The notes under the pieces: model-generated
Databases searched by the model: none
What the model saw: the letters and a program-made list of their open reading frames with translations, nothing else
Told to the model about the DNA's origin: nothing
Source: Heptranchias perlo
Lineage: Eukaryota
Length of the DNA: 64,000 nt
Assembly: GCF_035084215.1 (NCBI RefSeq)
Contig: NC_090333.1
Span: 58,776,001-58,840,000 of the forward strand
Direction: 5' to 3'
Shown here: positions 26,700 to 40,720 of the stretch, piece by piece
Numbering within the stretch: position 1 is the first letter of the stretch
Layout of the letters: the number at the start of each line of letters is the position of its first letter
Made by a program: the position numbers and the translations under genes

Positions 26700-27220
26700 T
26701 TGGGATTCTGAAGGTACCAGATAACATAGACCATGACAAGCTGTTTCACCTTTTCCAAAATAGTAGAACCAGGGGACAAGGACTGCACTTGAAGAGCGTG
26801 TAAATTCAAAACTAATCTGCGGAAACATTATTTCAGTGAGCGAGTGGTAAATCAATGGAACAGGTTCCCTAGGGAGATGGTGGAAGCAGATAGTGTTGAT
26901 TCATTCAATGAGTGAATTATATAGATTTCTTTCAGAAAATAATATTTTGGGATACAGTATATGAGTAGTTTAAGACATGACATATGGTAAGTGTAGCATG
27001 CTTGGGAGGATCAGGTGACTTTGGATATAAGGTTCCCAAAACTTTCCACTACTAGGGATTTTCCTCATGTCTGGTCAGTTGTAGACTAATTGATGGAAAT
27101 TGATTGCTATGATAAGTCAACAACTCCATTACTGTTTTATCATGCCACTACCAGGAGATAGAAGGTGAACTAGATGGATCTTGGTCTTTTTTTGTCTAGC
27201 AATTCCTATGTTCCTATGAT
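26700..27220 (+). mobile_element. CR1-clade LINE 3' end of a different family
   Basis: SRTRGQGL...RKHYFSERVVNQWN-like coding remnant, longer 3' UTR ending ttcctatgttcctat. Confidence 0.7.
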
Positions 27221-27229
27221 ATAACCGTG

Positions 27230-27505
27230 GTTTGTTAGGCCACTTCAGAGGGCATTAACAGTCAACCACACAGTGTGGTACTGGAGTTATATGTAGGCCA
27301 GATTGGGTAGGGGTAGCAAGTTCCCTTCCCTGAAAGACATTAGTAACCCAGTTAGGCTTTTACAACAATCTGACAACTTTCATGGTGCCAGCCCACAAAT
27401 TACCAGCTTTACTGAATTCAATTTCGTAGCTTGCCATGGTAGGATTTAAACTCATAACCTCTGGTTTGCTAGGCCAGTTGCCATAACCACTGCACTATTG
27501 TACCC
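27230..27505 (-). mobile_element. SINE of the same family as the insert at 45650-45992
   Basis: Reverse complement shares ccatggcaag..., catgaaagttgtcagattgttgtaaaa and actaatgtctttcagggaagg with the 45.7-kb copy. Confidence 0.65.
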
Positions 27506-27509
27506 AGCA

Positions 27510-28005
27510 TAGTCATAGTATCATAGTAGGTACAGCACAGGAGGAGGCCATTCAGCCCATCATGCCTGTGCTGGCTCTTTGAAAGAGCTATCCAATTAAT
27601 CCCTTTCCCCTGCTCTTTCCCTTTCTCTTCAAGTATTTATCCAATTCCCTTTTGAAAATTATTGTTGAATCTGCTTTCACCACCATTCCAGATCAGTGAA
27701 ACTTGCTGTGTAAAAAATGTTTCCTCATGTCGCCTCTGGCTCTTTTGCCAATCACTTTAAATCTGTGTCCTCTGGTTATTGACCCTTCTGCCACTGGAAA
27801 CAGTTTCTCCTTATTTACTCTGTCAAAATTGTTCATGGTTTTGGACATTTCTATCAAATCACCCCTTAACCTTCTCCGATCTAAGGAGAACAACCCCAGC
27901 TTTTCCAGTTTTTCCACATAACTGAAGTCCCTCATCCCTGGCACCATTCTAGTAAATCTCTTCTGCACCCTCTCCAAGGCCTTCACATCTTTCCTAAAAT
28001 GTGGT
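27510..28005 (-). mobile_element. CR1 LINE 3' end
   Basis: PHFRKDVKALERVQKRFTRMVPG...RGHRFKVIGKR. Confidence 0.9.
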
Positions 28006-31000
28006 CCATGTAGATGTAGGTATAGCATGTATAAACAAACATTATTTCAGTTTGTTCCTGATGTAAGTAAAACTGGTTATCAGCAATTATGTAGTTATCT
28101 GGCTTTGTCTATATCAATCTATAACTTGGCTAAATATCAAATCTGAAAAGCCTTCCACTTCTGAACTGGCTGTGTGAGCTCTATACAAAGACTGTCCAGT
28201 GATAAAAATAACACATACATTTCATAATGTGGATCAGAGAAATTATATGTATTTTGTAGTCTGTGTTTGAATTATAAAAACCCACGTGATAAGCAACGCA
28301 ACATTCCAAACCCAGAGGCTATTTCATCTGAAGGTCAGACCAATGATAACTATTTTCAGGAAAAATCAATGGCAATAAACCAGGGACGACTAAGAGCCTG
28401 CAACCAGTCAGAGGATCGTGTAACACAGTTAGATGTATAGTGGACAGGTCACTTCCTGGTAATCAGCTTCAGACTGCTTCTCCACAGAGCTGCAGTAACC
28501 ATGTCATAGCCATTAATCCTCCTGTGTGAAGTCATCAGGCACCATGGACAGTCGCTGCCAAAAAACAGAGGGAAATCTCCGCATAAAAGTGAAGTAGCCA
28601 CAGATACCAGTTAGTCATTTCAAAGCTATAAACTAATCTCAGGGTTTGGGTGATTGTTTTCTTTATTGTATTTTCAAAAGTCTAAATTCACATATTTTAT
28701 GAAGTCACTGTACATTTTGATTACATGGTGCATGCAGGAGTACATTGACGCATTAAGGTTGCTTGGCATGTGCTGGGAGCAGGGTTTAAGGTCTTGGAGT
28801 TCATTTGGGTCAGGGAAGGAGGCAATTTTGCCTATTAACCTTCCTTTGGTTGGATGTGCTGTGTTTGCCTATCTGTGAGTGGATCGCTTATGTTGATCTG
28901 CATCTCTTTGTGTGGAGGTAGTTACGGTATGTGAGTAGAGGGTGAGGGGGGATTTTTGCAAGAACAGTTCCCAGATTACTTGATATTTTTCCAATTCCAG
29001 CTGAAAACCAAACATCACTCTTTTGGATTGGGGAAAATTCCACAGCTGATTCAGCCACATGTTTATAAGGAGGGCTGCACTCTGCCATAGTGGGGGGGGG
29101 GGGGGGGGAAATTGACCTCCTTGCAGCTAATAACAAGAGCAGTGCTAGACTGCATCTGTGGGGGTCCTTACTTTCCAGTGAGTAGTTACGGCAAGTATGG
29201 GGCTTGGGGCTTAGTCCTGTAAAATTATAAGGCTTGTCATGTCCCTTGTGGTCTCCTGGAGTGTTGTCTTCAATGGCTAAATGTGGAGACATGATCAGGC
29301 TGTGTGTAGAAAGTTGTCTTTCTGGCCACAGTCCCTCCAGCAATTGTCAGTTATGGAGGATTGAAATTTATGGAGCTTGTTTCTTGTGTGGTATATATAA
29401 TTTTGAGTTAGCCCTCATGCATTTTGTTACAGCTGGTGGTGTCTTGCACGGGATGACCAGCTTTTACCCTGACTAGAAGTGAACTGGGCATTTAAAAGGC
29501 CTGCAAGCATGTGGGCAATTCTCTACATGTGCAAATACAAAAACATGCCCATTTTACATTAGTTCATGCCTGAGTAGAATATGCATATGTCCAGAGCCTT
29601 TTTTTTTACAATCCACCATTGGAAAATAGGACCTTTCCTGCCTGTTTCAATACTGGTTGGATGGCCACCTAAGCCTGCAACGGGTCAAAATATCATTGAT
29701 TTTTAATAGGCTCCGTTGTAACAACATAACAATGAATACATTGACAGCTGATTAACTCTATTCATCTCTTCCGGCCTGTTCCATTGCCTTTCTCATGCTA
29801 AAAATATCTGACAGTCTCCATTGTTTTGTTTCCGCAACCCTTGGCAATATTGATGTTTTATGGATGTGCCAATTGTACTCAGTGCTAATTCAAATTGGAG
29901 TAGAGGTAACTTCCCAACAAATGTGGCTTCCTATTAATTAACTCACACTTTAAATGCTTCCTATTACAACCAAAGGAATCAGATAAAGTATGTTTATTTT
30001 GTACCTTATTTATGCTTATGGCAAACCAGAACATAATTAAAAATAATTAATAGCTTGATTAATATCTGACTCATAGGCTCATACTCATAACTTTCAGCTC
30101 ATAAGTGCCAGTATTTTTATTGTCAAATTTCTCCTCTCCTTTTCTGAAGGCGGTGACTCTTGCTGAGGTACAGTTCCAGGAGTGGCAGCACACCTCTGCC
30201 ACCTCACCTATGGCCATTCTTTATATACGAGCCTCGATCCTAATGGCTGCTCACATGTTAATCACAGCCAAGAATATTTTCATGAATTATTCAGTATATA
30301 CGTCTGAACTAAGAGATGATAATCACAAGGCAATTATGTATTCATGTTGCATTATTATTAATTATACTGTTATTTTGAATCGATTATGTCATATATTATT
30401 GCATCCTATAAGTGGAGCCCCATACTCAATCACATATTATTAAACAGGAGAGGATAAGTGCAGTGGAATTTCTTTCAATATATAGCATTGCTTGCCAGTT
30501 CAGAATTTTTCTGGCTCCAATCAGTCCTAATTAACATCCAGTATTGGAAAGCATGTTGAGGTGCTAGATTTCCTATACAGCTCTTGTAGATGATACCACT
30601 TGAGCAGTTCCCTCTGGAGAGATGTGATGCCGAAAGAAAAGTAAAAAAGGAAAATAAACTTTAAGTATGTTATTTAATGCTAAAGACAGATTTTGATTTT
30701 TTTTGTTTTACATTGCTTGGATGGAAGGGTAGACTTACCTTAACCTAACAACACTCCCCATCCACTCTCACATATGAACACACACAGTTCCCTAAACACA
30801 ATCTAACAATATTGTTATTTTAAAAGGGGCAATTTGCCTTCATATGAGACATATAAAAAAAGCTTCCATTTTCCTACATTTTCTGACCCTGCCCCAGGAC
30901 CCCATCTGACCCATGTTCTCTACTCTCTGCCAAATCATAAATCAACCAATTTCCTTTAAATACTTCACTTCAGTTCATATTTGTGCCACAAGTCATTGAC

Positions 31001-33099
31001 TCAATGACACAATTTATCGTATGGAATCATTTCCTGTGAAAATACACGTGTTGTTTAAAAGTTGCAAATGTAACTTAAAGCAGTTTTGAATGCGCACGGC
31101 ATAGTTGCTCAAACGTTTGCAACTTTATGTTAGGGCCGTGGACTTGATATTGCAGTAAGGTCTGTACAGACCAATGTTGCAAAAATTGTATCACTGATGT
31201 AAGGGAGGCAAAATCAGAAGAATCCCTGAACAACAGTCTATATCCCCTCACTGCCAGGCCAGAGCAATATTGGCGAGATTCCTGGGTCAGAGGGATGTGC
31301 ATGTGGTCATTTTATACAAAAATAGTGTTTCACAACTAAAATAACCACTTACAAAAGATATAATTTAATGACTGTAGTTGGAATACAAGATTTGAGTTCA
31401 CACATAAACACATCAAAAGCAGGTTGAAATAAAAACAGTCACATATAGTGGCACAAACTCATATTAGATTAAGGGTAGTTTAGAGGTCACATTAATTATT
31501 GTCAGCTTGTTGTTATATGGTCTTCAAAAATAAAGGATCATTTTCCTTTTGCCCAGGCATGGAAGCTGATTGAGGAGTACCTTCAAATATGAACTGAAGT
31601 GAAGTATTTAAAGGAAATTGGTTGATTTATGATTTGGCAGAGAGCTGATTGAAGAGTACCTTGTAAACAAACCATCAGAAATGACATACAATTCGGAAAA
31701 CTGCTCACACTTTAATCAAGGAAATCACTGAAGATATAAAAAGTACAGTGAAGAAAGTCACACCTCCTCGATACAAATTGATTTGCTACACAACAATGGG
31801 AAGGATAGAGAGTGAGGATATGCTGGTCGCAAGTCGCTGCCTGTGGGATACATACGCTGATGATTTTGTCTCATTCACTTATCAGAATGATTGTCTGTTC
31901 TGTGTGGTCATTGTCTTTGCTGCCTATTATGAGTAATTCAAACTAAATTAACCTGTTTCAAAATCAAACATTGTTTGAATCCACCAAATTAAATTTGAAC
32001 ATGTGTGTGAAACAGTCAGAGAGATCTGAAGAACTATCAGGCAATAGTTTATAAGTGTCCAGTTGGTCAATGCTCATTCATTTCTGGTTGTAAGAACATT
32101 CATTATCAACATATATGCCAATGTGTTCATAATCATGTATTAAAATACGGGAACTTCACGTATCTCAGATATATAACTCAAGACAGCAAGAACTTCCATG
32201 AGTGACTTCTGTAAATAAGATGATTTTGTTTGACTTGAGATTGAGACAGGAGAGGCTCTCCTCGTGGCTTAGTTAGAAAATACTGGTGTGGAATTGATCT
32301 TTACAGACAGTTAAGATCTCTGCTTTCACCCCTGGTCTATACTGACTTAGCTGACTTCCATCAAAACAGAAATAGGGATGTTACAAATAGCCAAAGTGAT
32401 TCTGTGCTAAGGAGGGGAAAAACTCAAGTCACTTTTCCTGCTCTTGATTGCTATTACAGGGCTATCTACTATCCCAGCAAGAGGGGAGAAAATTGCGACA
32501 AACAGGAAGAAGAATTCATGATAAAATCAACTATATCGTGGATTTTATATCTCCCAGTTCAGATGGGGACTCATCGGCTCCTGATGGAATTCTTTTTAAA
32601 AAAACCTCACAGAAACCCAGTGCGTATAAATTGCATTCTATAAAACATTTTGGAAAATAAACATCAGTAAAGCTTTTTCTGGATGCATTTCATTTTGATT
32701 TGATAAAATAATCTCTGTTCTGATTGTATGCCTTGCATGTAAAAGAGAACTGTAAAACATTGCATTTTATTCAGTATGAATGGATTTCCTGCACATAAAT
32801 TATTCACAATTTGGAAAATGCACTATTAAAGTAGTGTAGGAAACCATCATTTTGTTTGTTTAGCTTTACTGTTAATTTACAATAAACTAATGGCTTTGAA
32901 TGACTGAGGTTTTAAAAAAATCATACCAATCCTTTGCATAATTTATTTAGCTACAGGGACTTGAGCTACTCTCCTATTCTTCACTCTACCCCAAACCACT
33001 TCAGTCTGAACACAGCTTTCCCAGTAAGTGCCAGTAACAGGATGCAGCCTCACGTTAGTTTTGCAATTAATGAGTTTCTCTGCCATGGCTGAAACTGTA

Positions 33100-33542
33100 A
33101 GAAAGACTTGCATTTATATAGCGCCTTTCATGACCTCAGGACGTCACAAAGCATTTCACAGCCTATTAAGTACTTTAAAAAAAAAGTGTATTCACTGTTG
33201 TAATGTAGGAAGGCAGATTGCGCACAGCAAGGTCCCACAAACAAACAATGAGATAATGACCAGATAATCTGTTTTATTGATGCTGGTTGAGGGATAAATA
33301 TTGGCCAGGACACAGGGAGAAACACCCTGCTCCTCTTCGAATAGTGCCATGGGATCTTTGACATATACCTGAGAGGGCAAAGGGGGCCTCGGTTTAACGT
33401 CTCATCGGAAAGACGGCACCTCCGACAGTGCAGCACTGATGTGTCAGCCTGGATTATATGCTCAAGTCTCTGGAGTGGGACTTGAACCCATGACCTTCTG
33501 ACTCAGAGGTGAGAGTACTACCACTGAGCCGAGGCTGACACC
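33100..33542 (-). mobile_element. SacSINE1-like SINE, full length
   Basis: A and B boxes, complete Deu domain, tail ggcgctatataaatgcaagtctttct. Confidence 0.88.
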
Positions 33543-35386
33543 TGGAACCTAGGAAAAAGGGTGTACTCCCGTTACTAGCACTAATTGGTAAAGGTGAAGT
33601 TTTAAGAACCTATTTATATGAAGCAACAGGGCACTGCACTGCACCAATCTTTCATTTTGTTTGTTTTTTGGGTTTTGTTCAGGCATTGCTACTCATGCTC
33701 AGTGCCAAAGTTGCTCTGTAATTGATCCCTCATTTCCTACGAACAGCAATGTACCTTTATGCACATTTATGCTGGCCCAGGCCAGCAAGCATCCTCTGTG
33801 TTTTAAATCCCTGTGGCTGTTTGCCAGACTGATGAAATTGAAAGAGATACATATTTTGATTCCCTTTGGTCTGGTTAAACTTCAAAAGGGATAGAAATTA
33901 TCTCTCAGGGAACATACTGCCTTTTCTTTTGAGGCCCTTGAGATAGGAGCTGGAGGCTGTGGGTGTAACAAAACCTCTTTCTAATGGCTATAAGGGGGTT
34001 AAGTTATTCTGAGTTAAGTTTCTACTGGCACAAATCCATAGCATAAAGTGACCTTAAATTGGCACAAGCTGGCTGAATCACTCAAAGGACAAAAGAATTA
34101 TTTAAAAATAGAATTGCCACACTGGTGGTGTAGGGCACACTCCTCTGAAGCTGGGGTATACATTGTTCTGGCAGCATGGAGAGTTTTACTCTGTTTCAAA
34201 CCTCTAACCCTGGGAGTGCTGGATACCAACACTGAATGCAAAAAAACAGAAGAATATACTGTTCATCAGCAGTGACATCCTCATCTTGGTTAGTTAAAAG
34301 AATATATATTGAACAAAACTACAACTGAAAATTTTAGAGTAAGGTGTAAAGTTTACACATTTAGAAATGCATTTCAATGAAATTCATTACCTCTAAAAAC
34401 AGCAGCAGGTAAACCCCAAACCATTAACTGGAGACTATAAAGTTTAAAAGCTCCAGGCTTGTAGAGCTTTGCCATTTCTCAGCACCAGAGCAGCATGTTC
34501 CTGTCTCATAATTACATGCCACAGCGACTCAAGACCGTCTTCGTAAAATCTATTCACTCGTGTCCTGTCTGTCATAACAACTACTGCTACCTTTAGAGGT
34601 CTAGTATGACAGATATCAGGAAACAGCGGTGAGCCAACTCAACAGTTTCAACTGCACAGCATCGTAGCACCTCAATGGTATGAAAGAACTAAACCTGTTT
34701 CACTGAGTAAATGCACTGTCAGAGCTACACAGCCCACAGTGAACCCAGGTTTGCTCTCTGGTCTATAATGAATTAGCTGATCTCAAACAGAGCAGTGGTG
34801 TGGGTGCTTTAAATAGCCTCAAATAAGGATTTAGGGGGGGAAAAGTGACAGTCAGCATTTCCTCTCCTGATCATTATTCTGTAACTTTTGCTGGAAAGGA
34901 CTGGGCTTGGTGGTGAATAGCACATCAACATTTTCTGTCTAGGTTCACACATGAAGAATGTCAATTTGGTCGGAGTACTGAAGGGTGACCGACACCTATG
35001 GGACCATATCCCAGCATGAGTCAGTGCCTTCAGGAGTGGAGGGCAGGGGAGAAAATTGGTGTGGGGGAGGATTAAGAACTGAACGCTTGTACATTTGGCA
35101 GAATAAAAGCTGCGTTAGAGTGAATTATGGGCTATAGCATAACCTTCACAAACCACTCGATCTTGGCTCTCAGGGTTTACGTCATCTGAACCTTTTGAAC
35201 ATCCTGCAGTCTTGTTATTCAGTACTTAATATGCAGGCTCCTCGTTCAATTTCTAGATTCTAGCACTAATTCAGTTTATCATAGACAAGTCTTTGAAACC
35301 GAGTCTTCCACTGATAGCAGAAGCTCTGTTTTGTAGTTGAAGAAATAGTAGGTTTTTACACCTGTAGATAACAAGCTTCTAATTGT

Positions 35387-35590
35387 CTAAAACATAAAAT
35401 ACAAATCTTCTGAGAAGCCTATGTGGTTAAGATAGTTGAGGATGTCTTTGTTGAAAGTTATGGATCCACAAACCACAACGAACGGTTTCCGTCTGCATGA
35501 GTTTACAAAATCCTTCACCATGTCCCCATTTACACGTCCATGGTAAGTTTTTTCTCGATAACTCCAGGGAAGAGTTTCCAGGTCTTCCTC
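35387..35590 (-). CDS. CYB5RL: CYB5RL last coding exon
   Basis: EEDLETLPWSYREKTYHGRVNGDMVKDFVNSCRRKPFVVVCGSITFNKDILNYLNHIGFSEDLYFMF*. Contains the FNR-family CG motif and C-terminal aromatic residue; acceptor ttttag, stop TAG. Confidence 0.93.
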   Translation of the reverse strand, partial: EEDLETLPWSYREKTYHGRVNGDMVKDFVNSCRRKPFVVVCGSITFNKDILNYLNHIGFSEDLYFMF

Positions 35591-35989
35591 CTAAAATTAT
35601 TTAGGATACCAATAATTAATACAAATTTATGTGAAGCTTGTGTATGATAACTGGGTTATTTGTGGTGTCCTCGGTACAGCGGTAGTTTTATTTTCCAGTC
35701 AGTAAGTTGTGTTCAATTGGATAAAATTGACAAATTTCAGATAAATTTTGTGGAAGCTTATTGGTTCCTTCTGTATCACCCACTTGTTCACTCAACGGAG
35801 TTGCAAACCAGGAGAAAACTGGTGATATTTTTATGCACGTTGACTGTGAAATTAGGAAAGCTACCGTGGTTGATGATCACTCGTTGCCTCTTATTGAGGA
35901 TGCTCTTTGACAGTTAGACCAAAAAATTCTCATAGTCTCTAATGTCCCCTAATTAGGGATACTGGTGCTGCCAGTGAGTCTGCAACAAG

Positions 35990-36460
35990 TCTCTCTCTGC
36001 TCTCATTTATTTGTTTCCCTTTTCCTTTTTCTGTTTTTATTTGTTTCTTCCTTCACTTTTATTTTTCTACTACATGTTTCTTTTGCTCTCCTCCACTTTT
36101 GTTTCTCTTTTTTCCTCCTCCTTCTTCACTTGTCTCTCTCTTCTCCTCCTTCACTTCTGTTTCTCCTTCTCCCCTCTCTTCCTTCACTATTTTTCTCACT
36201 CTCACCCACTTCACTTATTTATCTCATTCTCCCACTCCTCGTTCACTTCTGTTTCTCTCCTCCCCTTTCCACCTTTACTTTTATGTTTCTCTCTCTCCTG
36301 CTCCTCCTTCACTTGTTTCACTCTCTTCTCCTTTCCTCCTTCACTTCTGGTCCTTTCTCCCCCCTTCTTCTTATTCAGTTCTATGTCTCTCAGTTCTTTT
36401 CATTTTCTGTTGTGCTCCTTCCCTTTCTTGCTCTTCTGTTTTACTTTCTCTCCTGATTTC
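35990..36460. repeat. Pyrimidine-rich low-complexity, degenerate minisatellite in the last CYB5RL intron
   Basis: Recurring ctcctccttcactt(c)tgtttctct units with almost no purines on the + strand. Confidence 0.8.
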
Positions 36461-36686
36461 CCTACAGAACTTCTGCTACTATATGGCAAGGGAGCAAGCA
36501 CTGAACATGTCTGGAGAGCAGGAGCAAGTGAGTTTCTGAACAAAGGGCAGAAGAGAGGAGACTTTCACCCTTAGCATCCCTGGTTACAAACCCAGCTCTC
36601 AACGGTGAAGGGTAAATGTGCTAATTAGTTGCATCACCCGGTCCTAATGTTTTGCGAATGTATTAATCTTCAATGTGTCACCTTAC

Positions 36687-36890
36687 CTGGCTCAGAACAA
36701 ACAATGTTGTCACATTCCAGTAAGCAGCCAGTTCCTGAAGTTGAGGCTTCATATAGATATCTTGGAAAGTCCTGAAGCAGCCCACCAGGGTAACAAAAGT
36801 TTCATCCTCTTCATTTGCTATAATATATTGGAGCAGAGGCACCATTGGCGCTATACCAGTCCCCGAGGCAAACAGCAGCAGCTGCTCATA
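36687..36890 (-). CDS. CYB5RL: CYB5RL coding exon 5 (NAD-binding domain)
   Basis: YEQLLLFASGTGIAPMVPLLQ...VLSQ with the GTGIAP motif. AG/GT boundaries, 204 nt. Confidence 0.95.
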
Positions 36891-37343
36891 CTGCCAGATA
36901 CAATGCAAATGGAGTCAGCACACTGCAAACCTTTGATCTTTATATTAATAAACTGTAGGAAATAAGTACAATTCTTCGAGTGTTTTAGGCTGTCAATGTT
37001 AAAAAATGACACTTCCTTTTTAACGTCTGTGAAATCTTTTAGTTTCAGGTCAATGCTTGCAACCTAATAATTAGAGAGGCAATATTACTGAGCTCTGATC
37101 CTTGATAACAGTTCTACTTTGTATTTGGCCTAAACTAATTTGTCATTTTAACGCCATATTCTCTCAATAATGTTAACAAATATCACACAGTCAGATTAGT
37201 AATTCCTTCAGGAGAGACGGGGCAGAAAAAAAAAATCAAAGGACTGCTTATTTCTCTTTCTAATTGATTATAACAAATATTTGAATTATACCATTGTGAA
37301 GTGCAGATTCTAATTTGCAAACTACTCTCACTGAGCGACCGAC

Positions 37344-37448
37344 CTGATTCGGTTTGTATGGAAAGCCTCCAAAAGGGCCCCGCCAGCACACAGTATCCCA
37401 CTCCTTCCAGGTCTTCACGTACTGAGACATCAATCCATCTTCATAGAT
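37344..37448 (-). CDS. CYB5RL: CYB5RL coding exon 4
   Basis: IYEDGLMSQYVKTWKEWDTVCWRGPFGGFPYKPNQ (GxMS and RGPFG motifs). Acceptor ttaatag, donor gtcgg, 105 nt. Confidence 0.93.
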
Positions 37449-37698
37449 CTATTAAAGAACAAAGTAGAAATGAAACAGTTGCCTTTATATAGCGCCTTAT
37501 CACATTGTTGAGATCGCTCAAACTGCTTCACATCAGGAATTACTTTTGGACTGCTGTTATGTGTTACGTATTAAACATGTTACGTATTAAAATAGGACAA
37601 TTACACTGTAGAATTATCTGTTGCCTCATTAATTGCTCAATTACAATACAGTGACAGAAGAGTAACAGCTTGACTACAGCACAGGAATGGCACAGTAC

Positions 37699-37786
37699 CT
37701 TGATCAGAACTTCAAAGTAACCTTCTGCATCCACAGGACTCACTGGAGTATACGCTCTCTGAACTTCCAGACCACTCACAATTCCC
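37699..37786 (-). CDS. CYB5RL: CYB5RL coding exon 3 (FAD-binding RxYTP motif)
   Basis: (R)GIVSGLEVQRAYTPVSPVDAEGYFEVLIK, 88 nt, phase 2-0. Confidence 0.92.
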
Positions 37787-39689
37787 CTTTCAATTAAACA
37801 GCCAGCTTGGAGTCAATTACATCATGGTCCTTGCTTGATAATCAGATTTATGTTCAATTAAATAATCAGAGAAATTACAGCACAAAATGAAATTATTTGT
37901 CCCATCGCACCTGCACAGCTCTTTCATTGGAACTATCCATTTGCCATAGCCTTTTATGTTCTTCTTTTTCAAATACTTATCCAATTCCCTTTTTAAATGA
38001 TGTTACAGTCTCTGCCTCAGTAGCCATTTGTGGTAAAGCAGTCAATATTTGAAGCTGGCACCTATGGTGGCTGCACCTCGCTAAACTTCTCTAGTACTCT
38101 ATCTCTGGCCACTCTTTGCCATCCTCATTCTTTTTCCGCCAGTCTCCTCTCTTGGATTGCTCTACTTCTGTTTTAGTGCAACCCAGTGAAATTTTCAACA
38201 TTTCAAAGTCCAAGTTTTATCACCCAAGGACCATGGATCTGGCTCTTGATGCTGGGCTGCCTCCTCCTTCTGTACCTGATTTGATGTTTGCTCCCTTGGC
38301 TCTTGTATATAGACCTCCACACCACTTTGGACCGGACTCAGATTTGCCCTCACATAGGGACGTTGGCTCTTCCTTGCTCCAGTGCTCCAGGCAACTTCAT
38401 ACTCCGCTTTGTGGTCTGCAGGCGACTGACTTCTGTAACTTGCACTGCTGCCTTAGATGCTCCTTGACTTGGCTGGCTTTATTCCAGCTGCTATTGACTC
38501 TGAGGACCTTCTCACTACTGGGCTGACGCTGATCCACTTCTGCTGATTCCTTTTCTTCTCTAGATGCTGTTCAATGATCTATCACTAACTGCTTGTTTCC
38601 TGTGGCTGCCCCACTCCCACTCTGCTTTCAAATCTTCTACATCGTCCTTCGCTGGACTGCCTTCAGACTTTCTCCTGCTTGTGTTCTTGTATCCTCCATA
38701 CCACACTACAGTTGTTTCTCAGATCATTTTCCTCATGTCCACTGGTCTCCTGGGTTATTCTTCATCTTTCTCTGGCTACCTGGTCTTCATTACTCTTGGC
38801 TCCTCACTCCAACCCCTTCAATTCACCATGATACTCTGGATCCATTGTTAGCATCTCAAGCCACTCTACATTTCCACTGGACTATTGGATCAACATCCAC
38901 TGGTTGTTGGTCAACTCCCCACTCCTCCTTTGGCTCCCAGAATCCACTGGGATTTTATGGTTTCAACCTCTGCCAGTGCCTTGGTTGATACAATGCTCCT
39001 CCAAATTTTCCCAGATCCATCTCCTCTCCTCTACTGACTGCGAATTGGACCTCTCATCTTCACTGATTGGTAGCTGGTCCAAGCTTAATCACCACCCCCC
39101 CCCCCACCCCACCCTATCCTGTCTACATGCCTACTGTACTCCACCACTGGCTCTTGGCTTCCGACTCTAATTCAGGACTGATTCATATTCTCTCCTCCCT
39201 GTCCTCAGTTTAAAATCCCTACCTGTTTCACCTAATCTCTATCATCTTAATGTAACTCAGGTTTCCCTTTGTGTCCATTTGCATTTGCACTTTGGCTGCT
39301 ACTGTGGACCCAAGCTCGCAACTCCTATTTCTCTTTTTCAACCTTTTCCGAGTCCTTCTCTTCGCTCTTCTCCTTTTGTCCCTGTCTTAGCCATGTCACC
39401 TTTCATCATCTCCTTCTCCAGCATCAAGACCTCCCCGCCCCTTGGTCCCAACTCTCACCCATTATTACTCCTCAGCATGCTTCTCTCCTGCCACCATCCC
39501 TGGCTAAAATCTCTCTTGAACGAGCCTACGACTTCCCTCTGTACCTCCCTCTGTATCCTCTACCAAATCCATTGTGGCACTGGTCACTGCCTCTTTAATA
39601 GCTGCAATCCCAACTGCCTCATCCTCTCCTCTTGCTGACCATCATGTCTAGTGCCTTCCCCTTAACCTTCTCCCCCCACCTCCCCGCCC

Positions 39690-40720
39690 AAACACCACTG
39701 TTGGATCAACAATTTCTTCGCCTCTCCGCATTTCCCTCCAGAATGTTCGCTTGCTCATGGTGGATGATACCCCGGTACTAACAAAAACATGATTCTTCCC
39801 CTTTGCAGAATCCTCCCTGCTTGGCTATACTTTCCAACACCTGCCCTGTGCAAACCGTCTTGGCAGTGGCATGGCTCGTATGTCCAAGTCATAGATTGGC
39901 ATCTATCCTTACTTCTCTGGTTTCTCCTCCATCTTCCATTCCTCACAACTCTGATTAAATATCCTCATCATTTACTGCCTCTAAGTCCAACACCAAACAT
40001 CACCAAAGATATCCTCCATTTTCTCTTTTAACTTCTGCACTGAGTGAGTCCTCATCCTTGGTGATTTCAACCTTCAACTCATATCTCCCATCTCCGTCTC
40101 TTTCCAATTCACCACCCTCCTCTCCTCCCTCAATCTCACCTTTCCTATAAACTCACCAGACCACATCCTTGGTCACCCCCTCGACCTCACCATCTCTCAT
40201 GGTCCCCTTGTACCGGTGTCTCAATTTCTGATAAGACTACCTCTGACCAATTCCTTGTATCACTTACCCCCATCCTCCTCCAATTCCACTACTTTTACCA
40301 TCTGTACATGGAAAAAACTCTACTTCTGGTCACTTATAATCTCACTTTGAAATTCCCAAATTCTTTGCCTTTGGCCCTCCACTTGTCACAACACTGGCAA
40401 CTTGCTTAACTGTTCCTTCATCTCGATCTTCACTGCATTTGTTCCCTGCAAAACTATCTGTTGGTTTCCCTGTCATTCCCCTGAGAGGTTGCCCTCTTTG
40501 TTCCCTCAAGTCTGAGGGTTGCAAACTCAAGCATACCTGGCACACAACTGACATAGCCATCCATTGCCATATCTGATTAGACCACATCAAGCATTACCTT
40601 GCTTCACTCAGCTGAGACAAATCCATCCACTATTCCAGGATAATCATGGAGGGAAAGAATAACCCCAGGCTCCATTTTTTCTATAATCAACCCTTCTCCC
40701 TCACATCCCTCCACAACTAA
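39690..40720 (+). mobile_element. Decayed L2-like LINE (endonuclease region)
   Basis: ctcatccttggtgatttcaac (LILGDFN), ggtcaccccctcgacctc (GHPLDL) and an SDQ/H motif; C-rich sense strand typical of L2. Confidence 0.65.

Noticed and set aside
31561-31665. 20-bp imperfect direct repeat agctgattga(g/a)gagtacctt
   Set aside because: Only two copies; consistent with a small local duplication.
35965-36574. Long hydrophobic Leu/Phe/Ser ORFs resembling membrane proteins
   Set aside because: They are translations of a stop-poor CT-rich low-complexity tract, open in all three frames.
38100-39650. Cluster of 90-135 aa plus-strand ORFs
   Set aside because: Pyrimidine-rich decayed repeat DNA in a CYB5RL intron, with no motifs or consistent splice structure.
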